From positions 46,624,001-46,688,000 of the forward strand of contig OX638152.1 of assembly GCA_951804945.1 (NCBI GenBank): 64,000 nt of DNA, given 5' to 3'. The stretch's first letter is position 1, and each line of letters starts with the position of its first letter. Source of the stretch: Podarcis cretensis. Its lineage: Eukaryota. This document shows positions 37,814 through 50,974 of the stretch, one piece after another. The translations under genes and the position numbers were made by a program. Below the pieces are notes generated by a model. That model was given only the letters and a program-made list of their open reading frames with translations, had not been told where the DNA came from and made no database searches.

Positions 37814-40800
37814 GGAATTTCACATAGGGGTCTCTCTTACCTGGAGATGCTCTACTATTTAGATATGGCCTTCCCCTTAGAAATATATGTGAGTAATATA
37901 TATCTGTATTTACAGTTTTAGCTTATTAATGTTCATATTTTAATTATTTTAATGTGTGAGTCAATCTGAGGTCATGGATAATTGGGTGCCATATAACTGT
38001 CCTGCTGCCTCTCATCCATTAACAACAGATCTGTCCACCATATTGGTAGTGACTTCTGAGTTTACCTGAGTAGAGTGTGATGTATAATTTATTAAATAAG
38101 AATTACTGTGATTTTTGGCTTTTGTGCCCGTTCTGAGAATTTCCCTGATTTCCTTGCTTCTTCCATTTTACCACATGCCAATATTTTTTATCAGTCACCT
38201 GGCTAAGATGCAAATATGTGGGAAGATCCAAGAAGAGTATGCTTCTAAAAACCTATGGGGACCCTTAATCGTTTCTTTAAGACCATATACAATAGACCTT
38301 ATTGGCTTCCTTCCCTTTCTTATATAACTACAATATAGTTTTAAGCTTTTCTCTCTTTTTAGTCACTGCTAGCATTTGCATGTTGCCCTTGGTTGTCCTT
38401 TTCTTTGTTGAGCTCTTTAGGCTGTCATTGTATTTTAGACGCCACATATTGTGTGGTTCTCTACTTGAATTATTGGTTGCACTAAGAGAGGATCAAAAAG
38501 TAAGTCATTGTAACTTGAGATGAGACCTGTCTCTTACATCTCTCTCTTGTACAGATTTGTGTAAGTGCAATCTATTTGTACCAAAATGGAACAATATTTA
38601 AAAGTTCTTAACTGCTCTTGAGACCAGTGCCAAAATAACAACTGAATAAAAATACATTGCAGCATGTTTGTAGTTATCAAGGATATTGTTTCCACATTAA
38701 GATTAGAAAATGCAAAACTACCGCTGTATTTATGTTGGCTAAATATTCTACTAAATGTATATTTGTGTTTCTTTGAAGTTTTTATTTCTTCGCTTGCCTA
38801 ATAAAAGCAAGCCAGAAAAGTAGACTCAGACAGGGATTTCTTTGTTTTCTTTGGCCAGCAGTATCCTTTCACCCATGCACTTAGCTGGTTCTTAGCCAAC
38901 GTCAAAGGCATTGTGCTGTTGGTGTCTAGTCAAAATAAAGACAAGTTAACAATCCACTCTTGTAAATTTTCTGCCTTCAAGTAATGCCAATATATTGTAA
39001 GAATCACAATACTTTCACTCAGCCACCAAAAATGCATCGGATCTAGTAGCATAAGCAGAGCTGGTGTATCGGGATTTCTATTGCATGTAATTTTGAGACA
39101 ATGAAGCTCAAATGTTTCTAAATGAGTGCTCATTTCCAGTATAATCTCATAGCAAGAAAGTGAGATGACTTACAGTACAATATACATGACTCCTCAAAGG
39201 AAAGGCTTATTGAGTTCACCAGGACTTGCTCCCAGTTAAGTGTGCATAGGATTGCAGCCTTATTGTATGCTTAGACAGATAAAGAATTGCTCTATAAAAT
39301 GGAATATTCCCTGTTAAAAAAACAACAACAAAAACAACCACGAAGACACTAAATAGTATTACATATTGTTTATCTCTATCCTGGTGAAACAGATTATCCA
39401 AAGGGAATACGAAGCCTTCAGAAAATGATACCATAGTGATACCAGCTAAGATCCTTAGTCTAATATCCAAAGGGTGTTATTATATAGAGCGTGGCAAAGA
39501 TGACATTTGATACTGTGGGTGGATGGGTGGAGATATATCTATCAGTCATCCTGGGGAACTGGAGTCTCAGCTGGAATGCTTATCTGTTTTCCATGGGCTC
39601 TGCAAGCATTCACCTATCCTCAAAATATTTATACTGTGTCCATACACTCTCTTTGAGGATATGGTTATGGTTTGTAGCTCTGTCTGTTCAAAATATACAC
39701 TTTATGGGTTTATAATAATACCATGAGCTAAATGGCTTTGAAAATTGCAAATATCCTTAAAATATACAGGAAAAAACACACATTAGACACAGAAAAGGAC
39801 AATTTTTGCAGTTTTGAAATATATACCAGTCTGGATGCAATTACCTTTTGTTATAGCTCAGGTGTGGAGCATGGACATGAGTAAACATAAAGCCAGGGCT
39901 TTTTATAATTATGGTTTCAATTTCTTTATATTATTCAGCCTTGCAAGATGAAAACGGTTGTTGTTGTTTAAAAACGAATCCTTAGCTCAACAAAAATGTT
40001 AATTGCAAAACAAAACATGTCTGAAAAACAGATTACATGTTCTCATATGTAATTAGGCTTGCAGTTTGATCAGATGCAGCACAGGGTATTATGTTCTGGT
40101 TAATTTAAGCACTTTGAGGAAGTTTCCAGCAAAATAAATAAATAAAGAGGAACTAAGATCCAAGATCCAAGCATGATTATTTGTGCCCACTTTAAGCTTG
40201 TGTTACTTAAACAGCTGTTCTTCTGTGGTAGACCAGAATAATATATTGGGGGTCAGGTATAGAAGGGACAATCCATTTGGTTCACATACTAGATTTCTGA
40301 AAGAGAAATAACAGTATATGTATATCATGTCCAACTTCCATCCCATTGATTTCAGTGTGTCTTCTCTAAGCAGGACTGCACCAGGATCCAGCCCTTTGTT
40401 ACACATGCATACCTTTGCCAAGTAATGTGAAGTTCCAGGGACAGTAGATTTTACATAGGTTTGGTTCTCTTTGGAAAGAGAGATGATTGGAAATTTAAGG
40501 CATTTCTGTAATAATTGAGTTTATTTACATATATACAGACTGAGCACAGGTGGGCAGTCCAACCAAGCTAGTCCCACCTCTGATCTCCAGAGCGAGGCAC
40601 CCCTGCATCCCCAGGTGCTGTCAGCATGTGGAGTTCCATAATCTGCTCAGTCCTCTTTGCCTCTTTCTTCCTCCCTTTTGAAGTTTATTTGTTCCTGTGC
40701 ATCTGTCTTTGCTTGGGAAGTGGGAAGGTATGTCAGCTGCTCTGTTGGGTTTCCTACTGTCCCTTCCTTGGGCATTTACTGGTACCTGCAATTTCTCTAG

Positions 40801-40930
40801 CCAAAGATGTGGCTAACAGATCCACCACTGACCATTCAGGAAGTTGGGGCAGTCATTCTGACCCCATTAAACTTTTGTATCCACCTACCTCCCCACTCAG
40901 ATTTACAACAATATTTTCTCTGTGATCCCT

Positions 40931-41600
40931 ATAGAATCATAGAATTGGAAGAGTCCTTAGAAGCCATCTAATCCAAGCCACTGCTCAACACAGGCTCCTT
41001 AATCAAGATCCAACTACAGCCTCCTCAACAGAGATAGTCATCCAACCTCTGCTTAAGTACCCCCCAGTGAAGGGTTTTTAATCTGCTTCCTGCAATTTCC
41101 ACCCATTGGCTCTAGTCCTGACACCTAGAGCAACAGAGCACAGGTGTGTTCCATCTTCTTCATGGCAGTCCTTCAGATCATCTCTCCTCTCCAGACTAAA
41201 CAAAGCCAACTCTTTCAATCACTCCTCATAGGACTTCGTTTCCAGATTTTTCACCGTATTGTCCTCTCTAGTCATATTGCAGTTTGCCAATCTCTTTCTT
41301 AAAATGTGGAGCCCTGATCTGGACATGGTATTCCAGATGTGGTCTGTCTAGCTCAGAATAGATTCAAACTATTACTACTTGTGATGTGGACATCACACTG
41401 CTGGCTCATGTTCAGCTTGTGAGCCACCAGGACACAGATCTTTTTAACATGTTCTGCTGCCAAGTCAGGTTTCCTCATCCTATACTTGTATTTTTGTACC
41501 TAAATGTGGGACTTAACATTTTTCTCTGTTAAATTTAATCTTGTTGGTTATAGCTCAGTGTTCCAGCCTGTTGGGATAATTTTAAATGTTGATTCTGATA
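40931..41600 (-). mobile_element. old CR1 LINE 3' fragment
   Basis: ATAGAATCATAGAAT tail, then GCCATCTAATCCAA, CATCCAACCTCTGCTTAA, CCAGACTAAACA, CTGGACATGGTATTCCAGATGTGGTCTG, CTGGCTCATGTTCAGCTTG: minus-strand CR1 ORF2 landmarks. Confidence 0.9.
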
Positions 41601-43049
41601 GTTAACTTCCAAGTATAAAAGTATAGGATTACAGCATATTTCTTTTTAATCCAGTTTATTATTTTCTTGTAATCTGTATGTGAAAAGTACCTTTACTTCA
41701 GATTTCCCCAGGGATCTAGCAACTGGGGATAGAAGCAGAGGAAGGCTACTTGTCCAGTCAGGACACTTCGCCCCCCTCACCCGCTCTCCCCCCTGAACCA
41801 CCTATGTAGTTCTCCATGCAACATGTTAAACTTTTTTTTTTTTTTTTTGAAGCTAAGAGACGTTCAAAAGCAATTTGTGAGATGGTTATATATTTTACAA
41901 AGAAATAAGGTATATAGATTGTTTTTAATGGAATCCCAGAAGCCAAATCTCAAATCAACAAAACTGCATTCCACTTGACAATAAGATGAACTTAAATGCT
42001 GTAATTAAAAATAAGAAGCACTTTCATTAAATACCGAACCCCCATTGTGCAAATTATCCTAGGAACATTTTGCATAACACTTATGAATCTCTAATAGCAA
42101 GGGATACAAAGCAAAGCTTACCTTGAACAGACTAAAATGTAACTCTTCCGTGGTATAGTGATTGGTAAATTGCAGATTTGCAGCAACCACCAGCACTACC
42201 TGAATAAGAAATGTGAATAGCTTCAGATATATAACTCCACAATAGCCCTATTTATGTATTACTTCCATGTAGGGCAGTCATGTTTACTTTGGAGTAAAGC
42301 CTTGCTTGTGAGTGTGGTGTGACCATGCAGAGACCCGGTACGTAAGGAGGTGCTTCACGTTTCTTTACAAACAAGCATGTGCAACATACAACTGTTGAAG
42401 GAAGAAATCTCTGTTTCGGAGTGTAGTGGTAGTTTTAGCCGTCCCAAATGTTAACATGAATATGCCCTGCATGTAACAAGTGAATAGGGCCAGTAGTTCA
42501 GTCATTCGTGGTTCCTTCTATGTGTATATAATAAGCAATATGCATGAAGCCTGCCTGGCTAACCATCCAGCTCCACTGATCAAGTTAAGTCAGTTCATGT
42601 CTTTAAAATATACAACTTTCTGCATTTCCCCCAGTCCAAATTTGTAATTTTTAAAAAATGGTCTCTTGAAAAAAAGAAGAAGACAATACTTGGAACAGAT
42701 TATGAACTGAAAAAGATACATGGCCACAACCTTGCCTCCATGGAGTGTTTGGCTCATTATTTTTCTCATTTTATTCTGATATTCTTCTCTACACTTGGCT
42801 TCAAACAGACAATGCACATGCATATAATCCTTGCCAGTGTGCAAAAGATCTCCATATAATTTTAAAAACAAAATGCCTGTGATCTGAGTCACTTCCATGT
42901 TCCATGAAAATAGGAAGAAAGGAAATATGAGTGAAGAGAGCGCTGAAACTTCCTAGTTTTCCTGTTGCACAATCCATGAGTCTGAAATGGCCTTGGGGAT
43001 CACAACTCATAGAGTCCATAAAGGCCACATCCAATTTGCAAGTACAGTC

Positions 43050-43174
43050 TTGTGTCTTCCAGGTGTTGTCAGAGTACAACTCCCATCATTCTTCACCACT
43101 GGCCATGCTGGCTGGGGCTGGTGGGAGTTGTAGTCCAAGCATCTTCTTGGGGGACATCTGCTTGGGAAAGGCTG
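43050..43174. mobile_element. hAT MITE, diverged
   Basis: TACAACTCCCATCAT / GGGAGTTGTAGTCC internal inverted repeat; right TIR TTGGGAAAGGCTG. Confidence 0.7.
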
Positions 43175-44800
43175 TTCTAATGAAAGCAGCAAGAGGATGT
43201 ATTGTTCTTTCACTATCTTCTTTTGATGCATCTTTGTAATGTGTGGAGCTGCTCTCAAAAAGAGTGAGAGCTGAATGTGTTCTCTCTTTTCTTTAGTTGC
43301 ATAAAATTATACCATAAAAGCAAAAAAAAAAAGCTAAGATAAGCAGAATTGCTGCAATGTGTGCTAAGATAAGGTTTTGGGGGTCAGAGAACCAGTATGC
43401 TAAATTACTTACCTAGCTGAGGACAAAGAGAATGTCAGAGGAGACTATTTAAGGTCATTAATTCTGTTTTAGAGATGGAATGGAGAATGAGACAATCAAA
43501 TTCTCCTAGAATGCAAATGAATATTCATGAGAAGTTTTCTTTTGTGAAGGGAGCTTCATCATTTTGCAACATCTTTCACTAAAATATGATGAGGTTGCTG
43601 GAAAATGTTATTCCTTAATTGGAAGAGGGACGTTTCCTCTTCTAGTTTCTGTTCTGTGGTACTTTCTTTTTTTCTGTCTCTCTCTTTTAAAAGAATAGCA
43701 CCTCAGAGGCATAGTCTGATCTCCAGATATCTTTGCTGGAGTTCAGTAAACCCTGCTGAACTGACAAGAGCTTATACTAGTAGAACAGTATGTGGATTGC
43801 AATCAGACTCTGCTAACATGTTTTATATTTGAACAAGAACAATGAGGTTTTATCTCATGCATTTTAACATAAGCAGATGATTTAGAAGTCATTGATTAAT
43901 AAAATGCATATGATTACATTGCATTGATTTCATTTTTTGTTGAAGAAGCAAATACCTTAAATAAAGCAATTTATGAATGAAATTCCTGTAACCCTTGCTG
44001 TAGGATATTTCTCTTTACAATTTTAAGTAGTTTCTATAACATATATATATATATTGCTGACCCTTCTTCATTTTTTTAAAAAGAATATGCTGTCTTTCCC
44101 TTCCCATAAATAAATTAAAATTAAAAAAAATGTACAATCCATTAATTGCTTTTTCTATAAAGGGACATTGCATTTCTTTATCACTTTCTCTTTAAGAAAA
44201 GCAGTCTGCCAAGCACCTGGAAGTTGTATTGCTGGATTTGTTCCAACACAACTAAGCAATAAAAAGAAAAGAATTCCAAATGCATCTTTCAATAAGTCTT
44301 AGATTGTATATAAATATATTTTGCCAATATGGCTACATCAGATGTTTGCAAATGCCTCCCCATGGAACAGTTTAACAGGCTGAAGAATGCTGCCAGGGAA
44401 AAAGTAATGCCTTGCATGGAAGTCACTGCGAGAAAGAGGACAGTAGCTACAAAAGACACTCTGTCTGCTGTGCCTTGCAGTTCTAATTGCACCGGTAACA
44501 CATTTAATAACTTTGATGCATGGTGCATTTAATGCATGATGCATGTGTCCCATTTAATAACTCTGATGCATCCATGTAGAGTAATTTACAATCAAGGCAA
44601 TCACCCAGGGTGAAAAGCCTGGGGCGGGGGCAGCTGTCACAGTCTATCTACTTAGTCCATCCTCTCAACAGCTGAAATGATTTATATAAACAGTTCATCT
44701 TCACTTGGAAAGCAGGCTACACTGACCTAAAGGAAACACATTTATTTCATTTGTCCTTCAGTTCATGTGAATAATTTATATAATTGGTCTAAATAGCATT

Positions 44801-44943
44801 TAATAATAATAATAATAAATTTTATTTATATCCCGCCCTCCCCAGCCGAAGCTGGGCTCTGGGCGGCTAACAACAATCAAAATAATCCAACGGTTCTAAA
44901 AACATTTCATTATAAAAATTAATTAAAATCAAATTGATGGCAA
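44801..44943 (-). mobile_element. L2 LINE 3' end, 5'-truncated
   Basis: (AAT)n tail then TTTATTTATATCCCGCCCTCCCCAGCCGAAGCTGGGCTCTGGGCGGCTAACAAC with CpGs retained. Confidence 0.75.
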
Positions 44944-45602
44944 ATTTAACCTCTGAGAAGGAAATGACTATGAGAAGGTGCTGGGTTGTTTAGAATCATC
45001 TGGTGAATTTGGGGTGTTCCTAAGAAGAAGAATTTAAGGGATTCTTTTTTAAACAAAATGATTCCACTATTCCACCATATTCCACCAGAGATTGTATATG
45101 CAGAACAGGATTCAGCTAGTGAGCCAGATCCTGAGCTCCCCATCCCTCTTTGACAGGTGGGCAGGGTCCACACCAGGTGACATAACTCTAAATGAAATGA
45201 TTTGGAATGCACACTCTAAAGTACATTCCTGATTCTTTATTTTCTTTCTGTGCAGATTGTCTTGAATTCAAGCCAAGCTCCAAAGGGGGAAAATGTTCCT
45301 TTTTTCATGTGCAACTTAAACATCTGCAAAGGAAGAATGCAAACCCTACTTGCGGCACAGATTGTTTCCACACACACCCCTTAAAAATAAGCAAATAAAA
45401 AACCCTTTAGGCCACCATCCAGATATACTATATCTTGTGCAATTGCTATGAATGTCACTCATATTAACCAGTGTAAGGTAAAATGAATCCCCTTTTCTAT
45501 GGCACAAAATGGGCTTTATAGTTATAGTATGTGACCATGGAATCCACGGGAATCGCATGGGTGGAAGATGTTTACATGCTACTCCATGTGGGAGCATGGG
45601 TT

Positions 45603-45790
45603 GGGAGAAGAGGCCATTGCTTAGTAAAGTGTATGCTTTGTCCAGGATCAGTCATTAGCATCTCCCATTAAAAAGGATAAAGTGGCAGGAGATATGGAAG
45701 ATCCCTGCCCAAGACTCTCGTTTCCTGCTGCTAGACAGAGCAGACAATACTTGGCTAGATGAATAAATAATCTAACCAGTTTCCTATGCT
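45603..45790 (+). mobile_element. tRNA-derived SINE with CR1-type tail, diverged
   Basis: same family as 57933-58123 in opposite orientation (GCAGACAATACTTGGCTAGATG..TTTCCTATG). Confidence 0.55.
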
Positions 45791-46695
45791 AGGAGGTAAG
45801 ATGAGCTTTTCAGATTTATTTGTCTGGAGTTGGTTGGCATGTAAGATATGCTTCCTATATTTCTGTGTTTCGACTTGTGTGTAATCAAAGTCAGTTGTCA
45901 ACTCCAGAGTAAACAAGGAAATCCCTAGTTGTATTCAGTCAGATTATATCTGTAATTACTTCTTAAAGTCACAGTTTCTCAAATGCTTTATATTTTTCTT
46001 TCATAGCTTTATTGACAGGAAACCCTGACTTTACGATTCCATCCCGTGCTACTTAATTCCCCCTCTTATTACAGTATGAAGAAGTCACCCTGAAACTGGA
46101 GTAGCAAATCCTAGTCTTACTAATGAAAATTTCCAGTTTTTCTCCCACTTTCCATTGCAGTCATCTGTTAAACACTTTGCAGGCAGTACAAACTGCATAC
46201 TCAATTGCTTTGATCCCTGGTATCCAAGGAGAAAACACCTTCTGCCAACTGTTGGTTTAAAGCACTGGATTGCATCCAATGGTGGCTTTGTCATAGTGGA
46301 AATAACTTCCACTTATAAAAATTGGGTTACCCATCCCCCCCCCAGTCCTCCTGCGAAGCTGCTTCTTAGGGTTGGTTGGTGGGCTCTTTATAACAGAACA
46401 GGCTACAATGCCCATGGCTGCAGTAGGTACTGCATTGGCGAGAGCTGGATAGCTGATCACCAGCCTTTTACCAGCAATTGACCCAGAAGCATTTTTACTT
46501 TGGCCCCAGGGATCCAGGTCAGTGAGTCAATATGCAATTGTCCCCTGCCTTTGGAATGGTTGACAATAGACTTATAAAATGAGAAAGAGCCTGGGAACTT
46601 TCAGTAATAGTAGTATATTGTTGTTGTTATAGTAGTATGTTGTTGTAGTATGTACATAGTAGTATGTTGTTGTTGCTGCTGCTGCTGCTGCTGCT

Positions 46696-46777
46696 GTATT
46701 TATACCCCACCCATCTGGCTGAGTTGTCCCAGCCACTCTGGGTGGTTTCCAACAGATACAAAAACATCATAAAAACA
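46696..46777 (-). mobile_element. L2-type 3' end
   Basis: TATTTATACCCCACCCATCTGGCTG..CCCAGCCACTCTGGGTGGTTTCCAACA preceded by a simple-repeat tail. Confidence 0.7.
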
Positions 46778-46805
46778 GGATTTTATGCCTATGCGCACAG
46801 ATGCA

Positions 46806-46919
46806 TAATCTCAAGGTCGTGGGTTTGATCATTCGGTAAAAGATTCCTGCATTGCAGGGGGTTGAACTGAATGACCCTTCTGATTTCTTCCAACATTACA
46901 ATTCTGTAATTCTATGATT
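46806..46919 (+). mobile_element. tRNA-derived SINE with CR1 3' tail, partial
   Basis: TAATCTCAAGGTCGTGGGTT..AAAAGATTCCTGCATTGCAGGGGGTTG..ATTCTATGA; homologous to 50782-50935. Confidence 0.75.
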
Positions 46920-47448
46920 TAAATCCAGTGTCAAGAAGTTCTACATGACCTTCAAACCATACTAACTGCAATTCATATTTTACCCTAGCACAAAATAATA
47001 AAAGTTACAAATGAGGTTTCAGTTTTACTCCCAGTTCTTTTTCTGAATTTCAAAGTTAAATAAAACGTTTACTTTTAAAAAATATATATTTTGAACAAGG
47101 CTACAAATATACGAGCAGGGTTTTCGCTGGCATTCAGGCCTTTTGCTTCTCACACATATGTAACAAGATGTTAGAGATGAAAGAACAAATAAAGGTCATC
47201 CCTAGTTCATTCCACTTGTTCGTCCATCCTTTGCCATTGGTATGCTGTGCTGAGATGTCGCCCTTCAGCATCATGATGTAGCACCACTTCTGCTGGAGTG
47301 CCATCATATCATAACAATCCCAGAGGTGTTTAGGTACCAGCAACCTCCCAGGTGACCTGCCTGTTGGAGTGAATTCTGATTTTCATGGTATTATTAGTTC
47401 TTATGACTAACATGTCTGGAAGGCAAGGACAAAACAGTAATATGTAAA

Positions 47449-47456
47449 ACACACAT

Positions 47457-47499
<43 letters not shown>
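47449..47499. repeat. compound (CA)n(GA)n microsatellite
   Basis: direct read. Confidence 0.98.
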
Positions 47500-47503
<4 letters not shown>

Positions 47504-48245
47504 GAACCTATGAACCATCTTTCTTCTGCTTCCGACAATAGCTAAATAAATTATAAAGCTGCAAAACACCATAGGACAAATATGTAAAGAACACACATCG
47601 TGGGGCTGAGCTAAAAAAAAGTGTTGATGTTTTCAGTACTGTCATCCATCACCATAATGAGCACCCAAAACCTCTTTGAAAATTAGATGCCTGTGATTAC
47701 ACAGATTTCCAAGTGTAAGCTTTTGCTGTATCTGATTTTGAAACATATTAATATGAATGTTATGCTAATTTTTGTGCTATTGACCTAGAGTTTATCTCAA
47801 AGATTCAAGAGGATATTGCCTAATTAGCTAACTCCCTCCCTCCCTCTCAAAGCTACCTTCACCTCTTCACTTCATTAGAGAGCCCCCCTTCTTTTTCTTT
47901 TCTTTCTTTGGAAGAACAAATAAACAAGGATATTGAGGATATATTCTGTTAATTTCAGCCACAAAAACCTGATTTCCCCATGCATATGTAATTGGAGCTA
48001 TAAAAATTGGTATTCTACTCTTAAGCTCTGCAGTCTAACTGATGGTGTTTTGATGGGTTCTGGAGTTTCCCTCTTTATAGGAATTTCTGTGATGAAATAC
48101 AAGACTGGCAAAAACAGTTGATTTTTAGAAGCTGTTTGACCTTGTAGGAACTGGAAAACACAAGACAGCAGTGATTCAGGTAAACTCCTCCAGTACCAGC
48201 ACATTCAAACAGTATCAAATATCATTTAAGATATCTTGACCTCAC

Positions 48246-48701
48246 AAACTCAGTGGTTCCATCTTTAGCAAGGGGACTTGGCAAACAAACAAATCAGAAT
48301 TTACCCACCCCAGCCTTAAATAGGATTTTGAGTGACATATTCTGTTGGATTTCTCTTCCCACTTCTGATGTCTTTGTTCACATTCTCCCTTTAATATAAT
48401 TGGGATTTGTGTAATTAAAAGAAATTATTGTTTCTTTTTAAAAGTCATATTGATTTACAGAAATTATGTACTATATTTCATTTAGTGGCTAAGAAAGACA
48501 ACATTATATATTTTAATTGCAGCAATCCACATTGTTTTAAAGGCTGAGTATAAATGAAGAACTCTGAAACCACCCAACAGTGACTGTGTTATTCAACATT
48601 TATTTTAAGGCTAGGGTGCAGGGGGAGTTAGACCTGGGTTATTTTTGCTTTTTATTTCTGACACAGTAGGTCCTATTGCTAAAGATGGAACCACTGAGTT
48701 T
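48246..48701. repeat. long imperfect inverted repeat (~456-bp palindrome)
   Basis: 48246-48271 is the perfect reverse complement of 48676-48701 (26 bp); inner segments also pair, e.g. 48388-48420 with 48511-48543 (26/33 Watson-Crick). Confidence 0.9.
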
Positions 48702-49228
48702 AAAAATATCCAGCTGTTGGACTGCTGCAGGTAACAGTTGAAAGAAAGCCCATGCTGTGTGACTATCTCAAGGGCTTTTTGAGCTGAGGAAGTATGCCAT
48801 TACTTTAAGGGAAGCCAAAGTCAGTGTCATGCTGAATGTATCAGTGTGCATGCATTAAATGTGTCAGATTTTGCTGACAAAATGTGTAATTTTCAGTTCC
48901 CATATCTGGGTGAAAAGAAATATGGGTGGTTAAATATAGAGATTTGAAATTTCCCTTTTCGATAATTCTCATTTTATAGGAAATCGTATTTTATCCCTAT
49001 TTAAAAGTGCATCCTTGTTGAGACTTCAGCTTGACCCAGAGTAAGAAGGATCCATTAATGAATCACCCTGGCAGAGGGTATCATTGCTCCTGCTCTGAAA
49101 AAAGACTGTAAGCTGTACTGCTCATGCCCATTCCTGTACCACCACAGCACAATGCTTAATGATCTGGTTAGGCTATTGGGCTGTTTCTCAGCATTGTTAA
49201 CAGAGGTTTGACTTTTGAAGCCCTAAAG

Positions 49229-49316
49229 CAATGGCGGGTAACCTGTGACACTCCAAATGTCATTGGACTACAACTCTCATCATCCTTGACTTTGCTGACT
49301 TGGACTCATGGGAGTG
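49229..49316. mobile_element. hAT MITE remnant
   Basis: GGGTAACCTGTGACACTCCAAATGTCATTGGACTACAACTCTCATCATCC matches the left arm of the hAT MITE family. Confidence 0.6.
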
Positions 49317-50234
49317 CTTTTCTCCCCAAGAACAATAGGTGCTGCAAATCACCATGAAGTTGTTACAGTAAGTCGTTGGGTGGCTCAGGGCAGCCCTGAA
49401 CAGATGCCGGTGCCCCTGGTTCTGGTGATGGTCAATTAAATGCATCACCCACCTCCCTCGTTCTCTTAGATTCAGGCGAATGGCTACAGCAGCTCAGAAA
49501 GGTCATTGCACAAACACGGACAGGTACAAAGGTAGAGGCCTGGCGGGAAAGCTTAAAGCTCGTTGCCACTACACAAGAGATAGATTAAAGAAAAGGAAAT
49601 ATGAATTGGCCCTAACCCGTAGTAGTTTGACCAATCACAACTAGGAGCAGTTAGGAGCTAGGTGGAATCATAGATTTTTTTAAAAAAAAGAGTAGACTCT
49701 CACACGCTGGCCAGCTTCTGTTTTGACTTGAAATGTTCGTTTTGGGCTTCTCAGGAGTATGTAAAGGCAAGAAGCAGAAGCGGGGAGCACTGGCCCACAA
49801 TGGCACCCACCTGAGAGACGCAGGAACTGCGCTCTGCTGAAAAAAAGCACTGGGCGTTAGACTACAACAATATCTGGTGAGCCATAGGTTCTGTACTTCT
49901 ACTTCAACTGCAGGGTAATGTTAGCTTGAAGACTGAATGGGGGAAGTCTCTGATTTTCTTTTTTAAAAAAACAAACAAACCACAGTTAAAGCAAATGTTT
50001 CATTATCATACTTCCTAATGCCTTTATAAATTTATTTTCCTCCTTTGATTGTACAAGGAGCCCACCCTACAAAGTAAAAACGAAGGAGAAGCTAGGAAGA
50101 TGTTCATTTATGATTGGGCCTCAGATTTTAGAGATTTTTATTTCATTTGGACACCTTCAGAATGGAGACATAAGAATTTCAGAAAGGAAAGCAATGTAAC
50201 TATAAAAAGTAAGGTGATATTGCTTTAAAAGAGA

Positions 50235-50236
<2 letters not shown>

Positions 50237-50279
<43 letters not shown>
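50237..50279. repeat. (CA)n microsatellite
   Basis: perfect dinucleotide run. Confidence 0.99.
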
Positions 50280-50280
<1 letters not shown>

Positions 50281-50781
50281 CCCTAAGTGCCTTTCCCCAA
50301 AGAGAACAACAATAAAAACTCGTCTCACAGATTTTAGGATTAGAGCTTGATTCTGTAACTTTCAAATAACACATTGGCTCACACTTGTATGGTATTTGGA
50401 GCTAAGGATCAGGATCAGAAGAAGGTGATTAAGGGAGTCAAAGGTCAGCATCGACAATACAGCAACATTTTTGAAGCATGAACAATGGAGCATATCTTCT
50501 TTTCTTGGTCGTGTCATCTTGTTTTCCAATCAATTTGATCAAATAATAGTGAGAGTTTACTTTATAACAGGCTGAATTGTGGGCTTCCAAGAGCAAATTG
50601 GTCACACTGAGAAGGCACTGAGAGAATAAAGCAAAGAAAACTTGAAATAGTTGAACTGTAGTTGATGAACTAAAGCATATACAGTAGTGAGACACTGCAC
50701 TGAATTCTTTTTTTAAAAAAAAATCTAGTTTATATTTTATGTATTACTAAAGGCCTAATAATACATTCCTTTAAATGAATA

Positions 50782-50935
50782 AGTTGGTGTAGCTCAGTTG
50801 TTAGAGAATGAGATTCTTAATCTCAGGATCGTGGGTTGAAAACCTATGTTGGGCAAAAAGATCCCTCCATTACAGGGGGTTGGACTAGATGACCCTCTGA
50901 GTCCCTTCCAACTGTACAATTCTATGATTCTATGA
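50782..50935 (+). mobile_element. tRNA-derived SINE with CR1 3' tail
   Basis: A-box TAGCTCAGTTG, tRNA-like TCTTAATCTCAGGATCGTGGGTTGAA, then CR1 3' UTR GGGGGTTGGACTAGATGACCC and (ATTCTATG)n. Confidence 0.85.
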
Positions 50936-50936
50936 A

Positions 50937-50942
<6 letters not shown>

Positions 50943-50971
<29 letters not shown>
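50943..50971. repeat. (TG)n microsatellite
   Basis: perfect dinucleotide run. Confidence 0.98.

Positions 50972-50974
<3 letters not shown>

Noticed and set aside
49470-49523. Plus-strand 54-nt exon candidate reading SGEWLQQLRKVIAQTRT, reminiscent of a PH-domain C-terminal helix
   Set aside because: Weak donor (GTACAA), very short similarity and no other PH-domain exons seen
50782-50855. tRNA gene
   Set aside because: Degenerate cloverleaf fused to a CR1 tail, so it is a SINE head
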